A stretch of 64,000 nucleotides of DNA from Clostridia bacterium (GCA_050950825.1 JBMNIH010000003.1:32001-96000); one strand, 5' to 3'; numbered from the stretch's first letter, positions 10,161 through 19,138 are shown. Program-made: numbers and translations. Notes: generated from the letters alone by a model not told the origin.

Positions 10161-11381
10161 TTCTTTTAAAAGTTCCAAAACATGAACAATACCTTTTGTA
10201 TGGTATTCTATAAATTCGTCTAATAAATCAAATGTCGTATTTCCATTGATACAACTACGTTCTCTTGCTTCATCTTTCACCGGACGAAACTCCATATCGA
10301 ATGCCGGAATCCGATATTTCTCATATGCATAAGCCGGTACGCTTCCTGCGGTACATCCGAAGACATAGCGGATACCTTCCTTTTCCACATCTCGGAAGCC
10401 TTTGGTATATGCGGTACAGAATTTTTTACCCAAATCATTAAAGGCAGAATCGTCTTTTGCCGATTTCGCCGTTAAAAAGCAATCCGAGCATATGGAGGCC
10501 AAACAATGTCCGTCGAAAATGACTTTCGGGCGGATATCGTCGATGAATGACATAACGGCTTGGGTTTCGTCTTCCGATCCGGGATAGGGTCCTCGATATG
10601 TAGCACTTCCTAAGATGGAGGTATTTAAACCGTATGTATAGTCGATTTCTTCCCAGCTAGCATCGAAGTTTCTATTTAAATCCACTTGGTTGGGATTGCA
10701 TCGGACATAATGAGGATATCCTAGAACCATATCCTCTCTACCATCGGCATTAACCGACGGTAAAACGGCAATACCAACCTCATCCAAAAGCTCGGGACAT
10801 TCCTTCACGATGTTTTCCATGGCACTTAAAAACAGTTCGGGACCGGATTCTCCGGCATGAACCGTGCCGATAAGTCCGACAACCTTTTCGGGATTTCCGA
10901 TCCTAAGTCCCGTAAGAGGTTTTTTCCTCGTGGATCGACCGTAAACCTTCATGCTTTTTTCACCGGGATAAGCATCATAAATTCTTTTTAACGTTTCTTG
11001 AATACGGCTAAACGACCACCAAACACGAGGATCACGAACAGAGACAACGGCGGGACCTGCAGGTACGTCATCTTCTTCATAAGCCGCCCAATAGGAATAG
11101 ACTTTTAAAAATTCTACATTGCTATCGGTAAAAACAAAATGAAACCGTTCTTTCCTTTCTACGGGACCCTCATAGATGAGTTCGGCTTCTTTCCAATCGA
11201 TGTTATCGAAATATTCTTGGTAGTCAAAACCTTGCAGATAATTGTCTTCTTGTTTTCGATAAATTCGAAAATTTAATTGATCCGACGTGGTATCTTTTAA
11301 CTGCTGCCCTCTTACGATGTAAAGATGAACTTGCCCGTCGATACATTCGATTCCGTTAATGCGGATGCTTTTTCGTGCCAT
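10155..11381 (-). CDS. M14-family zinc carboxypeptidase-like protein with an extra N-terminal domain
   Basis: GTVHAGE (HxxE), PSVNADG, NPNQVDLNRNFD, GPYPGSEDET, DGH, FDME. RBS AAGGAGG. Confidence 0.85.
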   Translation of the reverse strand: MARKSIRINGIECIDGQVHLYIVRGQQLKDTTSDQLNFRIYRKQEDNYLQGFDYQEYFDNIDWKEAELIYEGPVERKERFHFVFTDSNVEFLKVYSYWAAYEEDDVPAGPAVVSVRDPRVWWSFSRIQETLKRIYDAYPGEKSMKVYGRSTRKKPLTGLRIGNPEKVVGLIGTVHAGESGPELFLSAMENIVKECPELLDEVGIAVLPSVNADGREDMVLGYPHYVRCNPNQVDLNRNFDASWEEIDYTYGLNTSILGSATYRGPYPGSEDETQAVMSFIDDIRPKVIFDGHCLASICSDCFLTAKSAKDDSAFNDLGKKFCTAYTKGFRDVEKEGIRYVFGCTAGSVPAYAYEKYRIPAFDMEFRPVKDEARERSCINGNTTFDLLDEFIEYHTKGIVHVLELLKEM

Positions 11382-11449
11382 GGTTAACCTCCTTGAATGG
11401 TTATATTTTATTCAGGTTTATTTTACCACATCGGAGGATAGTTTCTACG

Positions 11450-12130
11450 TTATTCTTGCTTTATTGCTTTGTTTATGTAATCCCGTAGTACTGCAATACG
11501 AGCCCTTGGATCGGTTATACCTTTATTATTGCAAAACTTCCTCATCCATTCTACTTCATTTTTGTTATATGGGTTTATCCAAAAACGTTTTATAAATAGC
11601 TTCAACTTTGATAAAATGTCCCAAGGCAATTCGGATATAGCACAGATATTATCAAATACTTCCAATAATTCATTTTCTGACATTCTGGCTTCCAAATAGT
11701 CCGGAAACAAAATCTCATAAAACGTGAATGGAATAACTTCAGAATCCAGTGTCTTCATCAATGTATAATAAGGACCTCGTTCTTTTATATCATCAGTTAC
11801 AAGACAAGCACAACCTAGGGTTTTTGCCATAGCGATAGCACAGGCCTCACCAAGATCTCCTCCATCAAAAAGAATTCTTAATTCTTCCATGTGCTCTGAA
11901 AATATCTTATACATTCCTATACTTTTTAGATATTGTTTCGTGACAATTTCAATTTTGCCGTCCTCAACATCTTAATCAAATTGATCAATTACATTTTGCT
12001 CGGCATGTTTTTTCAACTCGGTATTTCGAATAAATTCATAAACCTTTAACTATTTAAATCGATTAAATAAAATAGTCTGAAGATTTGCCTTGTACAGATG
12101 GATTATAACATTCGCATCAAATACGGAAAG
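11450..12130 (-). pseudogene. PIN-domain (VapC-like) nuclease pseudogene with two in-frame stops
   Basis: One frame: SVFDANVIIHLYKA...FK*(TAG 12050-12052)LKVYEFIRNTELKKH...QFD*(TAA 11972-11974)DVEDG...DLGEACAIAMAKTLG...VTDD. The acidic PIN motifs are present. Confidence 0.75.
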
Positions 12131-12373
12131 CTATTGAAATTCAATAATGACGCAGAATGGTTTTCAAGGTTTAAAGAGGGGGTCAGGAAACCGGTCAATA
12201 ACAATGGATTCAAGGATGTAAAGATAGGTATGGAGGAGAATATATCGAAAGACAAAGCCGTGATAATCCCTGTTCCATCAAACCAAATTTAAAAAAATGC
12301 AAATAAAAAAGAGAAGTTGCGTTATTACTTTCTTCTCCTTTTTCATTTGGCTTTTTTAAGTTGTGAATATCGT

Positions 12374-12610
12374 TTAATTATCTTTTTTGTCCTCTACTTT
12401 CTTTAACCCGTTTAAAGCGGAAAGAGAAGAAGAGACGGCTTCAAGGTTGGTTTGCTTTGTTTCTTCAAGAAGCTCCCCGCGGATGATATTGATCTCTCTC
12501 GGTGCGTCAATACCGATGCTGACCCGATCTTCACCGACATCCAAAATGGTAACCTTTATATTCTCACCGATTATGATATATTGACCTTTCTTTCTGGACA
12601 GCACGAGCAT
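12374..12610 (-). CDS. csrA: Carbon storage regulator CsrA
   Basis: MLVLSRKKGQYIIIGENIKVTIL...VSIGIDAPREINIIRGEL with the Firmicute-type C-terminal extension. Confidence 0.95.
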   Translation of the reverse strand: MLVLSRKKGQYIIIGENIKVTILDVGEDRVSIGIDAPREINIIRGELLEETKQTNLEAVSSSLSALNGLKKVEDKKDN

Positions 12611-13047
12611 GAGTCTTCACCACCGTTCCTTAATTTAATATAAGCTTGGTATAACGGCTCCCGTATGGAATAGCTTGTGCCATCCGGTATCACTTGTTTT
12701 CCGACTAACGTCTTTGTGTTTATAACAATGGGAGCAGCCAAGTTTACCGTCATTTTATGAATGTCCGAAGGAATGACGGCAACGTTTAGAATCAAGACGT
12801 CATCATCCTCGGCTATATTCAATTCTTCAAAATCTCTTTTTCCGATAGGAGCTTTGTAGTTTTCATCGATATCAAAAGGATTGATTACCGGAAGGAGAAT
12901 ACCGGGTTCCTTTACCGATTGAAGTATATAGATCGGATAAAGGTCATCGGGAGTTAAAAGAACATATTCATGAAGGTTTTCCAGTCCGGGTAATCCTTTT
13001 TTGAAAGAAATCACTTTTTCTTTATAAATCCTTTCGTCAAGTTCCAT
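12571..13047 (-). CDS. fliW: Flagellar assembly factor FliW
   Basis: ISFKKGLPGLE, LQSV, VINPF, MTVNLAAPIVIN, GKQVI. Sits directly upstream of csrA and overlaps it. RBS GGAGG. Confidence 0.92.
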   Translation of the reverse strand: MELDERIYKEKVISFKKGLPGLENLHEYVLLTPDDLYPIYILQSVKEPGILLPVINPFDIDENYKAPIGKRDFEELNIAEDDDVLILNVAVIPSDIHKMTVNLAAPIVINTKTLVGKQVIPDGTSYSIREPLYQAYIKLRNGGEDSCSCCPERKVNIS

Positions 13048-13079
13048 ATTTGTTCCTACCTCCGTATGTTATATCACGA

Positions 13080-13106
13080 TTATCGGCAACCATGCCATAA
13101 AATTTT
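13080..13106 (-). promoter_or_regulatory. Candidate sigma28 (SigD/FliA) promoter upstream of fliW
   Basis: Minus strand AAAA-N15-GCCGATAA (perfect -10, -35 with one mismatch from TAAA). Confidence 0.55.
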
Positions 13107-13116
13107 TGTTCATCAT

Positions 13117-13330
13117 TTACACTTTCTTATCTATTTATTTTCTTTTTTTATCACAATTTTTCAATTCCGGCTTTGTCCATACGATCCGGGCTTTGGTCTA
13201 GGCGTTGACTAAATTTCTTTTGATATATCAAATTCGAAGATGTGGATCGGGTGATTTCCCGATACCGTATAGGTACCGTTTACGGCATCGTTCATTATCA
13301 CATAATCGATAATTTCATGAAATATTGAAA
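13117..13330 (-). pseudogene. Scraps resembling the 3' ends of flgN and yviE/DUF6470; flgK and flgL absent
   Basis: Fragments EIIDYVIMNDAVNGTYTVSGN... and KARIVWTKPELK...IDKKV* lie at the syntenic position between flgM and fliW. Confidence 0.35.
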
Positions 13331-13344
13331 ATCCTTTTTATGCT

Positions 13345-13632
13345 TTATGGACGTATTTTTTTGCTGTCCTTAATCATTTTTTCCGCTACGGCTTTGCTAT
13401 CCACTTTGTAAGTGCCGTTTTCAATCGCCTTTTTGATCTTTTCTACTTTTTCCGTCCGAATGTCTTCCCCTTGTGCTTTAGCCGCTTTCATAGCGGTCAA
13501 ATAGGCTTTTGCTTCATCCGAAAGCTCCAATTTGTCGCTTTCCCGAATCACATCCGGTTGCTTTTTTCCGGCTACGGAATTCATTTTGTACTTGGATACG
13601 ATATCCATGGGGTTAATCGGGTTAATTTTCAT
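13345..13632 (-). CDS. flgM: Anti-sigma28 factor FlgM
   Basis: MKIN..., SDKLELSDEAK, DIRTEKVEKIKKAIENGTYKVDSKAVAEKMI. Confidence 0.93.
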   Translation of the reverse strand: MKINPINPMDIVSKYKMNSVAGKKQPDVIRESDKLELSDEAKAYLTAMKAAKAQGEDIRTEKVEKIKKAIENGTYKVDSKAVAEKMIKDSKKIRP

Positions 13633-13714
13633 ACTCTCACTCCCCTCTTGTTAATTGCCGCGCCCTCTTCTCTCACACTTTCATATTCTGACAATCCATT
13701 CGTTCACCTTTTTT

Positions 13715-13970
13715 TTATTATAATACTATTCGTTATGCTTGATACATTCTTCGAGAGTATATCAACCATATCAACCGATTCGCCGCACCTACGTTGGAAG
13801 TTCCTAAAAATCCTTGCTTTACCTTAGAAGCTTCCGAGAAGAGGGCTTGCCCGGACACCTCGACAGTCGCTAATTATTACTTTCTGCAGATAAACATAAG
13901 GGGTTCAAAAACTTGAAGAAACCAAAAGAGGAAGCTACCTCGTCGGTGTCCGGTATGCGTATTCTGTTCA
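13715..13970 (-). pseudogene. Degenerate yvyF/TIGR03826-like flagellar operon gene remnant
   Basis: Syntenic position upstream of flgM. A fragment RRCGESVD followed by frameshifted ..EEC resembles the C-terminal CxxC ribbon. No intact ORF. Confidence 0.3.
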
Positions 13971-14141
13971 TTTCATTTTTTAAATATAGTAACCCTCTTT
14001 TATGAGAAGGAAAATGTTTTCATCTACAAAAACGTGTACGTCTTCCGATAATAGGGTTATGGTTCTCGTTTTGCGGACTCCTTCCGGAAGTATTCACGAA
14101 TCATTTTTGCACGTTTATAATTTATAAATACCTTCGTTTAT

Positions 14142-14168
14142 TTATCGAGTATATATGAGAAATCTTTA
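14142..14168 (-). promoter_or_regulatory. Candidate sigma28 promoter for the yvyF-flgM operon
   Basis: Minus strand TAAAGATT-N11-CTCGATAA versus consensus TAAAGTTT-N11-GCCGATAA. Confidence 0.55.
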
Positions 14169-14444
14169 GTACCAAGAATATATTTTAGACAATAACTTTA
14201 ACTAATATTTTTGACCATTTAAAACATGGAATGATTTTTATTAGAAAATCGGTATATTTATTGACATTATGTTATAATTATGCTTAATCAAATAGCAATT
14301 TGCTTGCATGATTTTTAAACTTAACATTTTGTCGGAAGAGTTTTATCAATTTACAACACGGACGTTGTAATGGGAGAAAGGAAGGAAACATATATTTAGC
14401 TAACGGTATACTTTGCTAAGCAGTATACGGAAAGGAGGATATTT

Positions 14445-14891
14445 ATGGAAATCACAATTGATCGTTTGGAGAAATACGCAAAAGCCAATTTTTATATCAC
14501 CGATATCCCTCAAGCGAAGCCCTTGTATTTTATGCTCAAGGAAGTAAACGAATTGTTTGATCCGAATAGTATAAAGGTAATTTATCCTAAAAATTTGTTT
14601 TTGAATGACAAACAAGTGGAGTTGTTCTTGTTTACCGATAAAAAGCAAATAATAAAAGTGACCTATGAAAAAGGAGAAGTTCATACCGACCTGTATTTTT
14701 CAAAAAATCTCAGTATGTATATTAATATCTCCGATTACTGCAGGTCACTCAACATCAGATTTATTGACGGTGATGAAATTGAATTCAACAGTAAAAATGA
14801 TACCGATCACGCCAATACCGGATCCTTTAACGACTTAATTGTCGCCATATGGAAAGTACTGCTTTCCGGTGATAAAACGGTTCGTGACTGA
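14445..14891 (+). CDS. Conserved hypothetical protein (DUF3908-like)
   Basis: 148-aa ORF, RBS AAGGAGG, IYPKNLF motif recalled from DUF3908 proteins. Confidence 0.6.
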   Translation: MEITIDRLEKYAKANFYITDIPQAKPLYFMLKEVNELFDPNSIKVIYPKNLFLNDKQVELFLFTDKKQIIKVTYEKGEVHTDLYFSKNLSMYINISDYCRSLNIRFIDGDEIEFNSKNDTDHANTGSFNDLIVAIWKVLLSGDKTVRD

Positions 14892-15043
14892 ATCGATATG
14901 GTCTACATATTTTCTTTATCACGGATGTTATTTTACTTTTAAAGAATACAACTTTGAGAGTATTCTAATATCTACTGCATAATAATAATGACAGATAGCA
15001 TATAGAAAAAAGGTATATTCAGCTTTTTTTCTATTTTAGAGTG

Positions 15044-15306
15044 CTACTTTGTTCTAGTGCCACTTAGAAATGTTAATATAATTCTCTCCAAAAGTAATCT
15101 GAATTTTACAAATTCTGAAGGTTCTAACTCCTCTATCTGCTGTGCAAATTTACTTTTTCTATCCTTGACTATAAATGTAGGAGCTATTTCTAGTGTGTTT
15201 CTATTCTGAATTACAATAACCGGTCTTTTATCTTTTTCTGAAAAATTTTTTTCCTTTTCTCTAGATCCGCATAATATATATCTCCTCTTTTAACTACAAA
15301 ACTCAT
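15044..15306 (-). pseudogene. mazF: MazF/PemK (NdoA-like) endoribonuclease pseudogene
   Basis: MSFVVKRGDIYYADL, a frameshift in an A/T run near 15250, then KRPVIVIQN...APTFIV, after which similarity is lost. Confidence 0.75.
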
Positions 15307-15338
15307 GTCATTCAACACCTCGGATATTTATCATATTC

Positions 15339-15755
15339 TTAGACATCAGGAATATCTTTTATTTCCGGAACCAGACTTGTTATAAAATTTCTAATCGCTT
15401 CTGCACATTCTATGGCTTGTTTTGCATCCTCTTCGTTTAACACTATCCCCAAAGGATATCTTGGCTCTACGCCGTAGGCTGTTAATTCCGAACATTGATC
15501 GGCTATATTATCAAAGCTTGATTCGATTTCTCTACATATTCGGTATAAGTGATCTAAATCATGGGTTTTTTCCGGTGTTATTCCATAAAAAACGAGATAT
15601 CCCTTAAGGTACTTTTCAGCCGATTGTTGACAATGGTAACACACATTTGATATTTGCATCTTACCAAGAACACTAAATAAAGTTTGAGCACATATCAAGT
15701 CTCTATAAGCAATCTGCCACCATTCTTGCGTAAGATCTTTATTATCACTAACCAT
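15339..15755 (-). CDS. HEPN-domain protein (toxin of an MNT-HEPN pair)
   Basis: W..IAYRDL, CYHCQQSAEKYLKG, KTHDL, EPRYP. Its ATG at 15755 overlaps the end of the MNT gene. Confidence 0.9.
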   Translation of the reverse strand: MVSDNKDLTQEWWQIAYRDLICAQTLFSVLGKMQISNVCYHCQQSAEKYLKGYLVFYGITPEKTHDLDHLYRICREIESSFDNIADQCSELTAYGVEPRYPLGIVLNEEDAKQAIECAEAIRNFITSLVPEIKDIPDV

Positions 15756-16083
15756 ATAATAACTTTCCATCCTTAATAACTTGTTGTTCGATAGTAGGGT
15801 ATGTTGTTCGCCGATAAAAATTATTTTCTTTGCTAACAATTATATCTACAGGCTTTGTTTTTTTATCTCTTATTGCTTTACGGATTTTCTTCATTACGTC
15901 TATTTCTCTAATCTCTATGTTATCAGATATAATTATATACAAATCAATATCTGAATCATCACGGTTAGTACCTTTAGCATATGAACCAAAAAGAAAAATT
16001 TTTCTTACCGGAACAGTATTTATAATCGTTTCTGTTAACAAATTCAATTGCTTCGATAAATCATCATGTGTTCTTTTAACCAT
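15748..16083 (-). CDS. Minimal nucleotidyltransferase (MNT) antitoxin
   Basis: IFLFGSYAKG....SDIDL...PVDIIV...G.LLYG. Confidence 0.92.
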   Translation of the reverse strand: MVKRTHDDLSKQLNLLTETIINTVPVRKIFLFGSYAKGTNRDDSDIDLYIIISDNIEIREIDVMKKIRKAIRDKKTKPVDIIVSKENNFYRRTTYPTIEQQVIKDGKLLYG

Positions 16084-16139
16084 ATTAACATCACATTCCT
16101 TTCGCTGTGCTCAAGGCACAAAATAGAATGAAAAATTTT

Positions 16140-16330
16140 TACTTAAGCCACCCTCTGTAGTAAAATATAAGTGGGTATGCAGGTATACTACAGAGCACGG
16201 GGAGGTGAGTGTGACAACCAAACTTTGAGTTGTCCGTATATTAACATGTGCCGTTCGCTCTCTCAAGTACAAATAAGTGTGCCATCGAGCACGAACACTA
16301 ATCTTTGTTTTAAACAAAGCTCTTGTTTAT
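16140..16330 (+). ncRNA. Putative IS110 bridge RNA (boundaries approximate)
   Basis: 10-bp stem 16153-16162/16186-16195. An internal loop closed by ACGG/CCGT and GACAAC/GTTGTC has sides GGAGGTG (16201-16207) and ATATTAACA (16238-16246) that match the two target flanks. A second loop carries ACACTAA, matching the element's right end. Confidence 0.65.
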
Positions 16331-16383
16331 ATTGAGTGGACAGTCAATGCCTGCATCCCTAAATATTTACAAGGGTGAGGTTG

Positions 16384-17649
16384 ATGCTTAAGATTGTCTA
16401 TCCCATCTGTTGTGGAATTGATGTCCACAAAAAGTTTGTAATTGCCACTATTGCCACCACCAATGATAAAAATGTTACTTCCTATCAAACACGTCGTTTT
16501 AATACTTTCAAAAATGATCTAATCGCTCTCAACAACTGGTTAGTAGAAAACAAGTGCAAAGATGTCTGTATGGAATCCACCGGAAAGTACTGGATTCCTG
16601 TTTTTAACGTGCTCGAGGATTTCTGCACTATTACCCTTGCAAACCCGAGATACGTTAAAAATATCCCAGGTAAGAAAACCGATAAGCGAGATTCAATTTG
16701 GCTTGCTGACTTACACAAGCATGCATTGGTAAAAGGTAGCTTTATCCCATCTAAGCCTATACGGGAGTTGCGGGATTTAATTCGGTACAAGTCTAAACTT
16801 ACCAACGTCTCTTCCAGTGAGAAAAACCGGGTGCAAAATTCGCTTACAGTTTCAAACATCATGCTTGCCAATGTTGTTTCCGACACCTTCGGCAAGTCTG
16901 CTTCCTCAATTATTAAGCACATGATAGAGAATCCTGATATCATCGACTTTGATTATTCTTCAATGCTCCACAAAAGTCTGAAGAAAAAATCGGATGAAAT
17001 TGAACAAGCCGTTGCTGGTAAATTCTCTAAGGAGCAAGCGGCAAAATTGTCTGTATGCTATGAGCACTATAACAGCGTTGAAAAATGCATCGAAATACTG
17101 GAAGCTACAATACTCGAGCTATCTTTACCTTTCAAAGAACAAATTGACATCATCGCTACTTTACCTGGTATTAAGCAGGCATCGGCTACAGCTATTCTTT
17201 CAGAAATCGGAACCGATATGTCCGTCTTCACCTCGGACAAGCATCTTTGTTCCTGGGCTGGCCTTACACCCCAGAGTAATGAAAGTGCCGGTAAGAAGAA
17301 AAGTGTCCGTATTAGCCGCGCCGGTGTCTACATTAAACCTTTACTTGTCCAGTGTGCTAATGCCGCTGTAAAGGACAAGTCCTGCACTGTTTTCAAAAAC
17401 CGCTATGAAGCGATTAAAAAACGTCGTGGTCACAAACGTGCTATTATTGCTACCGCAAGAATGATTTTAACCTGCATCTATCACATGCTCTCTAAAAATG
17501 AGCCATTCAATCCATTGCTGTATGATGACAATGCGAAATCTAAGAAGCGTAATCAGCAGGATTCTCTAAGTATTGAGCAGGCCATCGCATTTTTGCAAGC
17601 CAATGGGTATACTGTGAATATTTCTGATCTAGTGGCAATAACAAACTAA
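16384..17649 (+). CDS. IS110-family DEDD transposase/recombinase
   Basis: CGIDVHK, MESTGKYW, PGKKTDKRDSIWLA, LPGI...ILSEIG, SWAGLTP..NESAGK, KRAIIATAR. Confidence 0.96.
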   Translation: MLKIVYPICCGIDVHKKFVIATIATTNDKNVTSYQTRRFNTFKNDLIALNNWLVENKCKDVCMESTGKYWIPVFNVLEDFCTITLANPRYVKNIPGKKTDKRDSIWLADLHKHALVKGSFIPSKPIRELRDLIRYKSKLTNVSSSEKNRVQNSLTVSNIMLANVVSDTFGKSASSIIKHMIENPDIIDFDYSSMLHKSLKKKSDEIEQAVAGKFSKEQAAKLSVCYEHYNSVEKCIEILEATILELSLPFKEQIDIIATLPGIKQASATAILSEIGTDMSVFTSDKHLCSWAGLTPQSNESAGKKKSVRISRAGVYIKPLLVQCANAAVKDKSCTVFKNRYEAIKKRRGHKRAIIATARMILTCIYHMLSKNEPFNPLLYDDNAKSKKRNQQDSLSIEQAIAFLQANGYTVNISDLVAITN

Positions 17650-18158
17650 TAGTGTAATTCCAGTTTCATCCACAGTCCTAGGTATTCCTTAAGGGCTTGC
17701 TTTGTTGCGGCCTTCGCGGGTCTTTTTTATTTTCACACTAACACCTCCTCGTTATAAGATTCTTTGACCGAAAATATGTTATTATCATTGCTACTTTTAT
17801 ATTCGCTTCTTTTTGTCCGCTCTACCCGGCCGGTGGACAAGTTGCCATTCTTGGCTACAGATTTTTAATTGATATTTCCTTAGCCCTGTTTCATAATAAT
17901 CTCGGAAAGTATTGTAAAATATACCTACCGCCTATTCTTATATTAATTATACCATAAACAAAAGTTTACAGCTCGATTCTTTACTAAAAACATCCAATAA
18001 TAAACATTCCTACAACTTATTATTTATGTTTTTATTTATTTACAGTTGCTGAAATTTTAAAACTATCAAGTGAAAATTCATTAAAGATTTAATAAAATTA
18101 TTACTTTGATAAACCGACTTATTAGTAAATAATTACATAGTACTATATAAATTCCATT

Positions 18159-19058
18159 TCACAAAATCTTATATTCATAAACCACGCTATCCTTTGGATC
18201 GGCATCCGATTCGAATCTGATCAAATGGCATCCTCGAACGTAGATGTTGTTGCTTGATCTTGCTTGGAATCGTATATGGGATAAGTCGCAATTGTTGAAT
18301 TTGATGTATTTGCTGTTTTCAATGAGGATATCACCGCAGTAAATGGGGCATCCGTTTATGAGAAAGCCGTAGGTTACGTTTTGGATAACAAAAGGCTTGT
18401 CGTTATGATTGATGCTGCAGCCGGTGATAACGCCGTGGCCGTGGTTATCCCCTTCGGTTATCATTATACCCGTCTTATTATCCGAAATAATGCAGCTTGA
18501 AATATTGGTGTTGCCGCCTTGGATCAGGATCGCCGTTTGGTTGGTATAGAAGGTGCATTGCGTCAGCTGGTTGTATTCTCCTCTTTCGAAAGCGGCAAAC
18601 CCGATTCGATTGTTTTTAAAAGAACACAGTTGGATTCGATTGCCTTGGTGACGGCCGACGGCTTTCGCATGTGATATGGCACAATGGCCGAACCCTTCAA
18701 ATGTACAATCGACGATGGAATTGTCCAAGGTGCTTCCCATATTAATGGCGCATTGCCTTTGATACTCTTTCTTATCTCGCTTTATCGCATAGAAGTTAAT
18801 GCCTTTAACATGGATTCCTCCCGTCTCAAACCGTATCGCTTCGATATCCCCGTCTACGTAAAGGTCGGCATTAAGGCTGAAAATATAGCATTTTCTCCTG
18901 ATGAAAACCGTGCTTGTTATGATTCCTTTTCCGACTAGGATCACGTTATTCGTATCTTCATCGTCAAGAATTTCTTGCAAATGGGTCGATACGTCGATAT
19001 CGTCCATGGTTACTACTTTCGCGTTATTGTATATGCTTTGAATCCAAATATCCGGCAT
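18159..19058 (-). CDS. Right-handed parallel beta-helix protein (pectin lyase-like/NosD fold)
   Basis: Repeating N.I..C.F..N units. RBS GAGGAGG. No signal peptide. Confidence 0.7.
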   Translation of the reverse strand: MPDIWIQSIYNNAKVVTMDDIDVSTHLQEILDDEDTNNVILVGKGIITSTVFIRRKCYIFSLNADLYVDGDIEAIRFETGGIHVKGINFYAIKRDKKEYQRQCAINMGSTLDNSIVDCTFEGFGHCAISHAKAVGRHQGNRIQLCSFKNNRIGFAAFERGEYNQLTQCTFYTNQTAILIQGGNTNISSCIISDNKTGIMITEGDNHGHGVITGCSINHNDKPFVIQNVTYGFLINGCPIYCGDILIENSKYIKFNNCDLSHIRFQARSSNNIYVRGCHLIRFESDADPKDSVVYEYKIL

Positions 19059-19138
19059 TGTGATTCCTCCTCATAACGATTGTTAGCATCCTAATATTAT
19101 GCCCCGGCCACTTGCTTATCTATGAAACGATTAATCCT

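Larger units (their letters stand above)
16091..17743 (+). mobile_element. IS110-family insertion sequence, about 1.65 kb, no terminal inverted repeats
   Basis: TAACA at both junctions (16086-16090 and 17739-17743). Removing the element restores AGGAGG-N7-ATG of the MNT gene. Confidence 0.85.

Noticed and set aside
11450-12133. Stop-codon reassignment or readthrough explaining in-frame TAA/TAG in the PIN gene
   Set aside because: Both TAA and TAG terminate normal genes throughout the window. Pseudogenisation is simpler.
12098-12292. 64-aa plus-strand ORF
   Set aside because: It overlaps the PIN pseudogene antisense, has no RBS and shows no recognisable motif.
14261-14290. TTGACA and TATAAT upstream of the DUF3908-like gene as a sigmaA promoter
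   Set aside because: The two perfect hexamers are only 6 bp apart, and correctly spaced partners are poor.
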